The notes under the pieces were generated by a model. The model was not told the origin of the DNA. It worked only from the letters and a program-made list of their open reading frames with translations, and did not search any database. DNA of 53,464 bases from Nitrospirota bacterium (GTDB lineage: Bacteria; Nitrospirota; Nitrospiria; Nitrospirales; NS-4), in assembly GCA_005877615.1 (NCBI GenBank), contig VBOD01000107.1:1-53464 (forward strand), read 5' to 3'. Shown piece after piece: positions 9,738-18,059 of this stretch. Position 1 is the first letter of the stretch. The number at the start of each line of letters is the position of its first letter. Made by a program: the position numbers and the translations under genes.

Positions 9738-10598
9738 ATGCGGGAAGAACGCCTACCGTACTATTACGAGGTGCTCGAGCTCCGACCCTCCGCATCGAAC
9801 GCTGAGATCAAAAAAGCCTGGCTTGAACTGGTGCAGGTCTGGCATCCCGATCGCTTTCACCATTCATCCAACCTGCACCGTAAAGCCGAAGCCCGAACAC
9901 AAATGATCAACCAGGCCTACCAAACCCTCAGCGACCCCTTGGCACGCGCACGTTATGATGCCATCACACGAAAAGCAGCCGCGTCCAAGCCACCCTCGCG
10001 CCCATCGCCTCCACCACGCCCTCAACCCACCCCTCGACCCCGCCAGGAATTCAGAGGTCCCCAATCCCTCATCATCCTCTCTCGGCCGGGTCAACCTAAA
10101 ATCCCGGTGCCCGCGATTCAAATGCTCGTCGACAGCAATGAGCACAGCCCCTACGACTTTCGCCGTCTCGTTCGAATCGCCGGGACCATTCGCCAAACAC
10201 TTCCCGCCGGTGACTATGCCATTGCTGAAGCCCCAGGACTGTTTTGCGTGGAGCGCAAGCCCGTGGCAGAGCTGTATGCGTCGACCTCGACTTCATCCGA
10301 TAACCGCGCTCGATTTCTGCGCGAACTCGAACGACTCCTCCCGTTCCCTTATCGGTTTATGATGATCGAAGGCCGGATCGACCAGGCCCAGGGAAAAGGG
10401 CGTTTAAGCGAATATCTCAAAAACGGAGTGATGGATTTCCTGGATGCCATCACGCTGAAATATGGGATCCAGGTTATTTTTGCAGATACCCGTGAAGAGG
10501 CGGAAGAACGCGTCGCGAATCTCGCGGCCATGCACTATGCATACTTCTATGCCGAACAAGAGGGACTTGGGCGTTCTCTCAGTGAGAACGATTTATAA
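9738..10598 (+). CDS. J-domain (DnaJ) - proline-rich linker - ERCC4/XPF-type nuclease fusion protein
   Basis: YYEVLEL...EIKKAW...WHPDRF...INQAYQTLSD..ARARYD (J domain); PPSRPSPPPRPQPTPRP linker; VDSNE...TLPAGDY...VERKPVAE...RFLRELERL...MIEG (ERCC4). Confidence 0.85.
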   Translation: MREERLPYYYEVLELRPSASNAEIKKAWLELVQVWHPDRFHHSSNLHRKAEARTQMINQAYQTLSDPLARARYDAITRKAAASKPPSRPSPPPRPQPTPRPRQEFRGPQSLIILSRPGQPKIPVPAIQMLVDSNEHSPYDFRRLVRIAGTIRQTLPAGDYAIAEAPGLFCVERKPVAELYASTSTSSDNRARFLRELERLLPFPYRFMMIEGRIDQAQGKGRLSEYLKNGVMDFLDAITLKYGIQVIFADTREEAEERVANLAAMHYAYFYAEQEGLGRSLSENDL

Positions 10599-10655
10599 AC
10601 GAAGAGGACGCGCTAGCCGATGGCACAGAATTGGGGTTCGCCGGGGGTTAAGAAG

Positions 10656-10697
10656 GGGGACAGGCTACTTTTCAAAGTCGAAAAGTAGCCTGTCCCC
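10656..10697. repeat. REP-like palindrome, copy 2; may also act as terminator between convergent genes
   Basis: Perfect 18-bp stem ggggacaggctacttttc-aaagtc-gaaaagtagcctgtcccc. Confidence 0.88.
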
Positions 10698-11327
10698 TTA
10701 CATCCCTTTCTGCTCGGCTTTCTTCTCGACCTTGGGAAATTCTATCTTCGCGTGAAGCTTGACCTTTGCTACCGCATCTCGCAGTAATTGCTGCCGCTTT
10801 TCAATATGAGGCTCGGTCGATTGGAGGTGCGCGCGGTACGCATCCAGCCATTCCAAAAACACCTCGAAGCGCTCGTCGAACAGGGGCTCAAGGTCCTCAC
10901 GCAACCGTTTGGCCAGGGCGGGCGACACGCCGCTCGTGCTGATCGCGATCCGGAGGGGGCCCCTGGCCACTAGCGCGGGCATCGTGAAGGTCGAATACTC
11001 CGGCTGGTCGGTGGAGCAGAGCAGGAAGCCCTTCTGCTTAGCCAGATTGTAGAGATCACGGCTCAAGACGTCGTCGGTTAGGACCGTGTTGATCACGAGC
11101 CAGATCCCCCCGTCCACATCGGAGGCCTTGAAGCGCCGGCCCCTATGTAGGACTCTCGCCGAGGCCGCAAGGACCTTGAGCTCCTCGGACAGCGTGGGGC
11201 TGATGACCGTCACCCTGGCGCCGGCTTCGAGGAGCCGGTTGGTCTTCTCCGTCGCTTCATCGCCGCCACCCACCACGATGCACGGCCGGTCTTTCACATC
11301 AAGATTGATCTGGAAGCCAAATTTCAT
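10698..11327 (-). CDS. Precorrin-2 dehydrogenase/sirohydrochlorin ferrochelatase (SirC/Met8/CysG N-terminal type)
   Basis: CIVVGGG..A..K, VTVISP, FTMPALV.RGPLRIAISTSGVSPALAKRLRE. Confidence 0.88.
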   Translation of the reverse strand: MKFGFQINLDVKDRPCIVVGGGDEATEKTNRLLEAGARVTVISPTLSEELKVLAASARVLHRGRRFKASDVDGGIWLVINTVLTDDVLSRDLYNLAKQKGFLLCSTDQPEYSTFTMPALVARGPLRIAISTSGVSPALAKRLREDLEPLFDERFEVFLEWLDAYRAHLQSTEPHIEKRQQLLRDAVAKVKLHAKIEFPKVEKKAEQKGM

Positions 11328-11369
11328 GGTGTGCGCATCTTAGCTTACTGCAACAGATAGGTAAATACA

Positions 11370-11398
11370 TTGTCGCGAGAGACCACGTCAGTTATAAT
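11370..11398 (+). promoter_or_regulatory. sigma70 promoter, likely leaderless transcript
   Basis: TTGTCG-17-TATAAT, 6 nt before GTG 11405, no SD. Confidence 0.6.
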
Positions 11399-11404
11399 CC
11401 CGGC

Positions 11405-11848
11405 GTGAACAAGAAGCAGCTCGTGCCGTTGCTCTTCATCGGGATCCTCTTGCTTGCCGGCGTGGCGGCCTGGCAGGGTGTCCTCCGCGGCGGCAAGGAA
11501 GCCGCCAGTTCGATCGCCGGGGTTGTCACGATCGACCCGGCTCTGGCCTCCAAGGTAGCCCCCACCGACGTGCTCTTCGTGATCGTCAAAAGGCCGAGCG
11601 GGCCGCCGCGACCCCTCGCCGCCGTCCGGATCGACCACCCGAAATTCCCCCAGCCTTTCGAGGTGACCAATGCCGACGTGATGCTCCAGGGCTCCGAGCT
11701 CAAAGGGGTAGTGTCCATCATCGCCCGGCTGGACAAGGACGGCAACGCCGGTCCGGCGCAACCCGGTGACATCGAGGGAGAGTACGCCAAGAACCCGACC
11801 ATGGTGGGCGCCAAAAACGTCGAGATCGTCCTCAACACGGTCAAGTAA
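11405..11848 (+). CDS. Membrane-anchored protein resembling the C-terminal domain of cytochrome c biogenesis CcmI/CycH
   Basis: N-terminal TM helix; GVVTIDPALASK..PTDVLFV....GPPRPLAAVR....FP..F...ARLDKDGNA....PGDIEG. Confidence 0.7.
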   Translation: MNKKQLVPLLFIGILLLAGVAAWQGVLRGGKEAASSIAGVVTIDPALASKVAPTDVLFVIVKRPSGPPRPLAAVRIDHPKFPQPFEVTNADVMLQGSELKGVVSIIARLDKDGNAGPAQPGDIEGEYAKNPTMVGAKNVEIVLNTVK

Positions 11849-11849
11849 C

Positions 11850-11883
11850 AAAAAAGGGGAGAACGCCGCTCGGCGCCCTCCCC
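11850..11883 (-). terminator. Rho-independent terminator downstream of the HNH gene
   Basis: Minus strand reads ggggagggcgccg-ag-cggcgttctcccc-tttttt. Confidence 0.75.
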
Positions 11884-11905
11884 CTGCGCACAGAGCACAA
11901 GACCG

Positions 11906-12451
11906 TTACGGCTCGGGGATGTCCGAGTCCAGTTCCACGTTCCAGTAGAGGTAGTCCCGCCAGCTCTCCGGAGTGTTCCGGACCCCGATCGTGATCGTCA
12001 CTACCGGGTTCCACTTCGGCTTGAGCGGCTTCCGCATCAACTGCATGCCCGCCTCCTCCGGCATCCGCCCGCTCTTCCGATTGTTGCACCCCCAGCAAGC
12101 CGTGACAATGTTCTCCCAGGTCTTTTTCCCGCCCTTCGCGATCGGAATCACATGATCGAAGGTGAGGTCCTCCGTCCGGAACTTGTGCCGGCAGTATTGG
12201 CAGCGGTTCCCGTCCCGGGTGAAGATATTGATCCGGGAGAACTTCACGGAGCGGTGGGCTTCGCGGATCCTGACCAACTTCAACAGCCGCATAACCGCGG
12301 GCAGCTTGAAGGAGATCGAGACCCCGTGGATCTCACGATCATAGACCTCCAGCACCTCGACCTTCCCCTGCCAGAGCAGGGTGATGGCCTTCTGCCAATT
12401 CACCACGCGGAGTGGTTCGTAGGTGGCGTTCAAAAGTAGAGTCAGCTCCAT
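11906..12451 (-). CDS. HNH endonuclease (McrA-like)
   Basis: LLLNATYEPL, FSRINIFTRD..CQYC, TFDHVIP..KGG..TWENIVTAC..CN.RK. Confidence 0.92.
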   Translation of the reverse strand: MELTLLLNATYEPLRVVNWQKAITLLWQGKVEVLEVYDREIHGVSISFKLPAVMRLLKLVRIREAHRSVKFSRINIFTRDGNRCQYCRHKFRTEDLTFDHVIPIAKGGKKTWENIVTACWGCNNRKSGRMPEEAGMQLMRKPLKPKWNPVVTITIGVRNTPESWRDYLYWNVELDSDIPEP

Positions 12452-12603
12452 AGACCCCCTTTCACCAATGACGACGTCCGACCAATTCTGCCCCCGCGCG
12501 AGGGGCGGCCCCTATGATGCAGGTTCGTATAGCACAGTTGGTGGGAGAAAATCCAGCCTCTTCCCGCAGCTGCGAGGGTCCAGCAGCCGGGGCCCACTTC
12601 GCC

Positions 12604-12632
12604 TTGAAGTCGTGTCTGCCGCCGATTACAAT
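12604..12632 (+). promoter_or_regulatory. sigma70 promoter, likely leaderless transcript
   Basis: TTGAAG-17-TACAAT, 6 nt before ATG 12639, no SD. Confidence 0.6.
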
Positions 12633-12638
12633 TCGGCC

Positions 12639-12950
12639 ATGCCGACCTTCATTCATGTCGCGGACCTCAAAGACATTCCTCCCGGCACGGCCAAGGTCGT
12701 CGCGGTGCAGAACGTGGAGGTGGCGCTGTTCAACCTTGAGGGATCGATCTACGCCATCGACAACATGTGCCAACACGCTGGGGGGCCCTTGGGCGAGGGC
12801 AAGATCACGGGCGACATCGTGATCTGTCCCTGGCACGGGTACCGCTATCACATCAAGACCGGCCAGTACGTCAAAAACCCGGAGATGAGCGTTGCCTGCT
12901 ACCCGGTGAAGGTCGAAGACGGCAAGATCTCGGTCGCGGTCGCGCCATGA
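12639..12950 (+). CDS. Rieske [2Fe-2S] ferredoxin
   Basis: CQH...CPWH Rieske ligands; about 103 aa NirD-like/dioxygenase ferredoxin size. Confidence 0.92.
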   Translation: MPTFIHVADLKDIPPGTAKVVAVQNVEVALFNLEGSIYAIDNMCQHAGGPLGEGKITGDIVICPWHGYRYHIKTGQYVKNPEMSVACYPVKVEDGKISVAVAP

Positions 12951-13468
12951 GGCTTCTCCTCCTCACCGTTCTCACCATGGCATGGCTGGCATGGTCTGCG
13001 TCCTCCCAGCCTGGCGACTTGCCCGGCAAAGAGGTGCCTGATCTCGGGAACGTCCACATCCAGCGTCTGGGCGACCCGCATGTGCCCTACAACAGCGACC
13101 CGCCCACGTCGGGGCCACACATGCCGGGTATCGCCCCGTGGGGCTTCTACGACAAGCCCATTCCCAAGGAATACCAAGTCCACAACCTGGAGGACGGCGG
13201 CGTGGTCATCCAGTACAACTGCCCGCGGGGATGCCCCGACCTGCTCAAAAAGCTTGAGGGTGTTTTCCTGAAATACAAGAAGCGGGCGGAAAAAGAGAAG
13301 CGCTACATGCACCTGATCGTTGCGCCATACCCCGACATGAACGCCCGGATCACCCTCACGGCCTGGACGCGGATCGACACGCTCGCCGGGTTCGACGAAG
13401 TCCGCATCGACCGCTTCATCGAGGCCTACGTCGGGATCGATCACCACAAAAAAGAAGGCGCGAAGTAG
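12947..13468 (+). CDS. Exported DUF3105-like protein
   Basis: Signal peptide; YNSDPPTSGPH, VHNLEDGGVVIQYNC, LTAW. Confidence 0.8.
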   Translation: MRLLLLTVLTMAWLAWSASSQPGDLPGKEVPDLGNVHIQRLGDPHVPYNSDPPTSGPHMPGIAPWGFYDKPIPKEYQVHNLEDGGVVIQYNCPRGCPDLLKKLEGVFLKYKKRAEKEKRYMHLIVAPYPDMNARITLTAWTRIDTLAGFDEVRIDRFIEAYVGIDHHKKEGAK

Positions 13469-13481
13469 CCCTCCGGGGCGT

Positions 13482-13907
13482 TCACGGCGGCATCACGTCA
13501 CCTGCCGGCCTCGACAGCGGGATCACGGTCTGGGGGGAAAGCCGCACCCGCCACAGATAGTCCCACTCAATCCAGCGGTGCTTCTCGTCACCAGGCAGCC
13601 GCACCACGACCCGCACCAGATACCCGTTCCGCTTGTCCGCCCGTACCGTCCAGTCCCCGACCACGGGTGTCCGGTCGTCCTTCCGGCTAGCCTTTACGAT
13701 GGCGTCAATGGCCTGACGGATCGTCGGGGTTGAGCGGGCCGGATGGGTCTGTACCAGCGCGAGCGCCTGGGCAGCGCGAGGATCGGCCATCGGGTCCAGC
13801 GGCTTCCATATCACATATGCCGCGACGCCGACGAGGAGAAGCACGACCGCCCCCCACTCGACCCAGACGATGGCGCGGGCGCGAGGCCTCGCATCGCGTT
13901 CATCCAT
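13482..13907 (-). CDS. Hypothetical single-pass membrane protein
   Basis: GGAGG then ATG 13907; one TM helix then a Trp-rich domain. Confidence 0.7.
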   Translation of the reverse strand: MDERDARPRARAIVWVEWGAVVLLLVGVAAYVIWKPLDPMADPRAAQALALVQTHPARSTPTIRQAIDAIVKASRKDDRTPVVGDWTVRADKRNGYLVRVVVRLPGDEKHRWIEWDYLWRVRLSPQTVIPLSRPAGDVMPP

Positions 13908-13962
13908 GTGCCCCCTCCCCTGACTTGACAAGCCGAAAGACCATTCTGTACAAGTAGCACCG

Positions 13963-14424
13963 GTGAAATACTTTATCTACAGCGAGACTCTGCACCAGAA
14001 CCAATTGAAAGGGCGTGCGCCGGAAGCCACCTTCCTGTTCCGCGCGTACCTGCCCGATCATACCCTGACCTTTCCGCGCTGGTCGTCGCAGTGGCGGTGC
14101 GGACTGGCCAGCATCACCCCGTCCGTCAGCGACCGGGTCTGGGGAGCGGTCTTCGAAATTACACCGGAAGACCTCAAGATCATCGACCAGTACGGCGACG
14201 AGGTGCCGTCGGGCGCCTTCCGCCATTGCACTATCAACGTCTACCCGGAGCACGAGGCCGAGCAGGTCCCGCAGAAGGAGATGGTCACGACCCACGTGGC
14301 CACGCCGGCCGGCAAGTTCAAGCCGCAGGACCATTATATTGACTTCGTCATTGCCGGGATCAAACACTGGAAACTCCCCCAGGAATGCATTGACTGGTGG
14401 GAGGACCAGCGGCCACGACGCTAG
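13963..14424 (+). CDS. Gamma-glutamylcyclotransferase-like (GGCT/AIG2) protein, divergent
   Basis: KYFIY, AYLPDHTLTF, ASITP....VWGAVFEI, P.DHYIDFVIAG...W.LP; TTGACA upstream at 13925. Confidence 0.7.
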   Translation: MKYFIYSETLHQNQLKGRAPEATFLFRAYLPDHTLTFPRWSSQWRCGLASITPSVSDRVWGAVFEITPEDLKIIDQYGDEVPSGAFRHCTINVYPEHEAEQVPQKEMVTTHVATPAGKFKPQDHYIDFVIAGIKHWKLPQECIDWWEDQRPRR

Positions 14425-14451
14425 GAACGAACCCCGCAAAGGAGCCTCATC

Positions 14452-14778
14452 ATGCCGAAGCCCAAGTACCACATCCTCGTGTGCAAAAACACCCGTCCCC
14501 CCGGCCATCCCAAGGGTTCCTGCGGAGAGAAGGGCGCCATGGGCGTCCTCAACCAGTTCAACTTCGGGATGATGGAGCGCAATCTGCTCGGCCAGGTCAT
14601 CGTGACCCCAACGGACTGCTTGGGTCCCTGCCAGTTGGGACCCACCGTGGTCGTCTACCCAGACGGCGTCTGGTACAAGAACGTGACCGAAGCTGATGTC
14701 GCCACCATCCTCGACGAGCATATCGGCAAGGGCAAGCCGGTCGATCGCCTCAAATTACCGGATGAGGTCTGGGGATAG
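14452..14778 (+). CDS. Thioredoxin-like [2Fe-2S] ferredoxin
   Basis: HILVC.N.RPPGHPKGSC...CLGPC..GPTVVVYPDGVWY. Confidence 0.92.
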   Translation: MPKPKYHILVCKNTRPPGHPKGSCGEKGAMGVLNQFNFGMMERNLLGQVIVTPTDCLGPCQLGPTVVVYPDGVWYKNVTEADVATILDEHIGKGKPVDRLKLPDEVWG

Positions 14779-14791
14779 CCAGCCCGAGCCA

Positions 14792-15313
14792 GTGGCGCGC
14801 CGCGAGAAAGCGTCTCACCAGGAGCACAAGGCGGTCGCGCCAAGGTCTGTCTCCTGCATGGTGATCACCTGCAGCGATACTCGGACGCCCGAGACCGACA
14901 CCAGCGGCGCGCTGATCATGAACGCCTTGAGGGAACGCGGCCACTCGATCGCATCCTACCACCTCGTCAAGGACGAGCCGTCGGTCATCAGGAAGCTGAT
15001 CAAGCAGGGTGCGAAGGACCGCCACGTCCAGGCGATCATCGTGAACGGCGGAACGGGAATCTCGCGGCGGGATTCCACGTTCGAAGCGATCGACGGCCTC
15101 TTGGAAAAACGATTGGACGGATTCGGCGAGATCTTCCGCTATCTCAGCTACCAGGACATCGGTTCCGCGGCGATCATGAGTCGCGCCACGGCGGGCCTCT
15201 ACAAGGGCACGGTTGTGATCTCGATCCCCGGTTCGGAAAAAGCCGCCCTCCTAGCGATGGACAAACTCATCCTCAACGAACTGGGTCACATAGTCCATGA
15301 AATGAAAAAGTGA
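14792..15313 (+). CDS. moaB: Molybdenum cofactor biosynthesis protein B (MoaB/MogA family); start uncertain
   Basis: ITCSDTRT.ETDTSG, NGGTGISRRDST.EA, GFGEIFR, SRATAG, SIPGS. Confidence 0.9.
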   Translation: MARREKASHQEHKAVAPRSVSCMVITCSDTRTPETDTSGALIMNALRERGHSIASYHLVKDEPSVIRKLIKQGAKDRHVQAIIVNGGTGISRRDSTFEAIDGLLEKRLDGFGEIFRYLSYQDIGSAAIMSRATAGLYKGTVVISIPGSEKAALLAMDKLILNELGHIVHEMKK

Positions 15314-15316
15314 CTT

Positions 15317-15718
15317 CTAATCCTGGGTGATCCTCGGTTCTGAGACCCGCTTAAAGTACACCAGCAAATCCCGCACCGAGAGCAACCCCACGATCTTCCC
15401 GGCATCGGTCACGGCCAGGTGGCGCACGCCCAGATCCGCCATCATGTCATGGGCGTCCTGCGGCGTCCGATGGATGTCGATCGAGGCGACCGGCGCCGAC
15501 ATGATGGCCTCCACCTTCTCCTTGCCAAGGTCGGCTCCCTTGGCCACGGCCTTGCGGACGATGTCGGTCTCCGTCACGATTCCCACGATCTGCCCGCCCC
15601 GTTCCACCAGCAACGACCCCACCTTCTCCGCCTGCATCCGGCGCGCCACCTCTTGCACGGACACACTGTGAAGAATCGTCTTGAGGTTTTTGGTCATCGC
15701 TTCGCGGAGGGTTTGCAT
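15317..15718 (-). CDS. CBS-domain pair protein
   Basis: VGSLLV...IVGIVTETDI and VRHLAV...IVGLLSVRDL. Confidence 0.9.
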   Translation of the reverse strand: MQTLREAMTKNLKTILHSVSVQEVARRMQAEKVGSLLVERGGQIVGIVTETDIVRKAVAKGADLGKEKVEAIMSAPVASIDIHRTPQDAHDMMADLGVRHLAVTDAGKIVGLLSVRDLLVYFKRVSEPRITQD

Positions 15719-15769
15719 GGGTTCCTCCTGTGAGTACTGGATTTATTCCATTCTAGCACGATATGCGGG

Positions 15770-16798
15770 TTACGGAGTCAGCACGATCTTCCCGAAGAGC
15801 TTGCGCTCGAGCATCCGTTCGTGGGCCGCGCGGACGTCCTGGAGAGGCAGCACCGAATCGATCACGGCCCGGATCCGCCCCTCGCCCATCCACTTGGCCA
15901 CGGCCAGCAGCTCGTGCCGCGTGCCCATGAACGAGCCCATGACGGTGGTCTGCCGCATGTAGAGGTAGCGTAGGTCAATCCGCACCTCAGGCCCCGACGT
16001 GGCGCCGCAGGTGACGAGCCGGCCGCCCTTGGCCAGCGAGCGGAGGCTTTGCTCCCACGTGGCCGGCCCGATGTGCTCGATGACCACGTCCACGCCGCGC
16101 CCGCCCGTCGCGCGCTTGACGCCGTCCGCGATCACGTCCCGCGTGTGGTTCAGCACGACATCCGCTCCTAGCCCCTGCGCCTTCTCGACCTTGTCGTCCG
16201 CGCCCACCGTCGTGATCACCCGCGCGCCGGCGGCCTTCGCCATCTGCACCGCCATGCTGCCGACGCCGCTGCTGGCCCCCAGCACCAGCACATCCTCCGC
16301 CGGCTGCAGCCGGGCAAGACCGAACAGCATGTGCCAGGCGGTGACTGCCGTCAGGGGGAACGCCGCGGCCTGCTCGAACGAAAGCGAGCCGGGGACTGGA
16401 ATCACATTGAGGGCTGGCACCTTCACAAACTCCGCCAGCCCGCCGTCCACCTGGGAGCCGAGGATGCGGTACGTGGTACAGAGGTTGTCCTGCCCGCCCA
16501 GGCAGAACTCGCACCGCCAGCACGAGAGCCCCGGTGCGATGAACACGCGGTCGCCCGGTTTCAGGCCCGTCCCCTCGCCCCCGACACGCTCCACCACACC
16601 GGCGACGTCGCACCCGCCGATATGGGGCAGCGGGACCTGAAAGGCCGGGATGCCCTGGCGGATCCAGATATCGAGATGGTTCAAGGCGCAGGCCTTGACC
16701 CGGACCAGGATCTCGCCCGAGGCCAGCTTGGGCTCCGGAGCGTCTTCATACCGGAGCACCTCTGGCCCGCCGTGCTGGTGAAAGCGCGCCGCCTTCAT
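15770..16798 (-). CDS. MDR-family zinc-binding dehydrogenase/quinone oxidoreductase
   Basis: GGPEVL, ALNHLD, structural Zn motif CWRCEFC..GQDNLC, GASSGVG, GKIVL. Confidence 0.9.
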   Translation of the reverse strand: MKAARFHQHGGPEVLRYEDAPEPKLASGEILVRVKACALNHLDIWIRQGIPAFQVPLPHIGGCDVAGVVERVGGEGTGLKPGDRVFIAPGLSCWRCEFCLGGQDNLCTTYRILGSQVDGGLAEFVKVPALNVIPVPGSLSFEQAAAFPLTAVTAWHMLFGLARLQPAEDVLVLGASSGVGSMAVQMAKAAGARVITTVGADDKVEKAQGLGADVVLNHTRDVIADGVKRATGGRGVDVVIEHIGPATWEQSLRSLAKGGRLVTCGATSGPEVRIDLRYLYMRQTTVMGSFMGTRHELLAVAKWMGEGRIRAVIDSVLPLQDVRAAHERMLERKLFGKIVLTP

Positions 16799-16802
16799 CC
16801 CG

Positions 16803-17732
16803 TCAGAACGTCACGGACCCTTCGATCACCATGACAGCGCGCCCCCCCACGGTGACGTACTCGATCTCATCGTCATCTGAGTGGACATGCACGGTCAGGC
16901 GGGACGGGCGGTCGATCTCATAGCCCTGCTCGCAGATGATCTCGGTCGTCGGACCAACGTCCACCACCCCGTGCTTGACGAGGTACGCGCCGAGGGCGCC
17001 GCTCGCAGATCCCGTGGCCGGATCCTCGAGCACTCCGACTGGCGAGGCGAACATCCGGGTATGCACCGTGGACTGTTCCTCCACCGTGACCGTCGTGAAC
17101 AGCATGACGCCCTGGGCTTTATGCTGCTCGCAGACGCTGTTGAGCAGCGCGATGTTGGGGCTGGCCTTGGACACCGCCGTGAGGGTGCGGACCGGCACGA
17201 TCATCACCGGAAACCCCGTGGACACGACCTCCACCGGCAGGCCGGTGCCAGTGATCTGGGTCTTGGGCACCGAGATGGCCTTGGCGACTTCGAAAAGGTC
17301 CCGCAACGGCTCCACCATCCCAATGAACTCCGGCTTGGGCTGGTTCATCATGATCTGCCGGACATGCCCGTCCCGCACCGTCAGCTCGAGGGGGAACACG
17401 CCGACGCTGGTCTCCTGATGGATGCGGGTGACCGGTTCCTGCAGCCGCAGGACGCCGAGATGCGCGAGCACGTAGAAGGCGCCGATGACCGGATGGCCTG
17501 CGAACGGAATCTCCCGCGCGGGGGTGAAGAACCGGAGCCGGTATTCGGCGGAGGGATCGGTCGGCGGGAGCACGAAGACAGTTTCAGAGAGGTTCATCTC
17601 CCGGGCGATCTTCTGCATCTCCCAGGCGTCCAGATGGCCCGCGTCCGGGATCACAGCCACCGGATTGCCCCCGAACACGGTGTCGGTGAACACATCCGCC
17701 TGGTAGAACTTGACGGTGCGCCGTTCGGACAT
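16803..17732 (-). CDS. PhzF-family isomerase
   Basis: DVFT...GGNPVAV, MQ.IAREMNLSETVF, EIPFAGHP, EDPATGSA. Confidence 0.93.
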   Translation of the reverse strand: MSERRTVKFYQADVFTDTVFGGNPVAVIPDAGHLDAWEMQKIAREMNLSETVFVLPPTDPSAEYRLRFFTPAREIPFAGHPVIGAFYVLAHLGVLRLQEPVTRIHQETSVGVFPLELTVRDGHVRQIMMNQPKPEFIGMVEPLRDLFEVAKAISVPKTQITGTGLPVEVVSTGFPVMIVPVRTLTAVSKASPNIALLNSVCEQHKAQGVMLFTTVTVEEQSTVHTRMFASPVGVLEDPATGSASGALGAYLVKHGVVDVGPTTEIICEQGYEIDRPSRLTVHVHSDDDEIEYVTVGGRAVMVIEGSVTF

Positions 17733-17819
17733 GCGCCACCCCCGAAGCGGCTTACTCTATGGGATACCCCCGTAATTGTCAACGCGGCCAACGGGTATGC
17801 TAGAATGCGCCGCATCATT

Positions 17820-18059
17820 ATGATGAAGCCGCCGCCGCCGAAAGACGTGACGTTCGACCAGATCAATCGGATCCTGGAGGTGACGGACGCGCTTGCGCTG
17901 GATCGCGAGTGGATCGAGATTCCCTTGAGCGCCGCGAGCCCCGGCAAGATCCACAAACTCCCCAACGGCAAGATCGAGATCGTCGTGGACGCCGAGATGC
18001 CCTTCGAGGAATGGCTCGCCGCAGCCAGGCAGCAACTTCGACAGGTCGCCGGGTGCTAA
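17820..18059 (+). CDS. Small hypothetical protein (79 aa)
   Basis: 3' part of a long ORF with coding-like codon usage; TG-TAGAAT upstream; abuts the next gene. Confidence 0.7.
   Translation: MMKPPPPKDVTFDQINRILEVTDALALDREWIEIPLSAASPGKIHKLPNGKIEIVVDAEMPFEEWLAAARQQLRQVAGC

Noticed and set aside
11906-12640. HNH gene as an IscB/Cas9-like or HEARO RNA-associated nuclease
   Set aside because: Only 181 aa, no RuvC motifs or PLMP N-terminus, and the upstream region is short and filled by divergent promoters; it fits the common stand-alone HNH family
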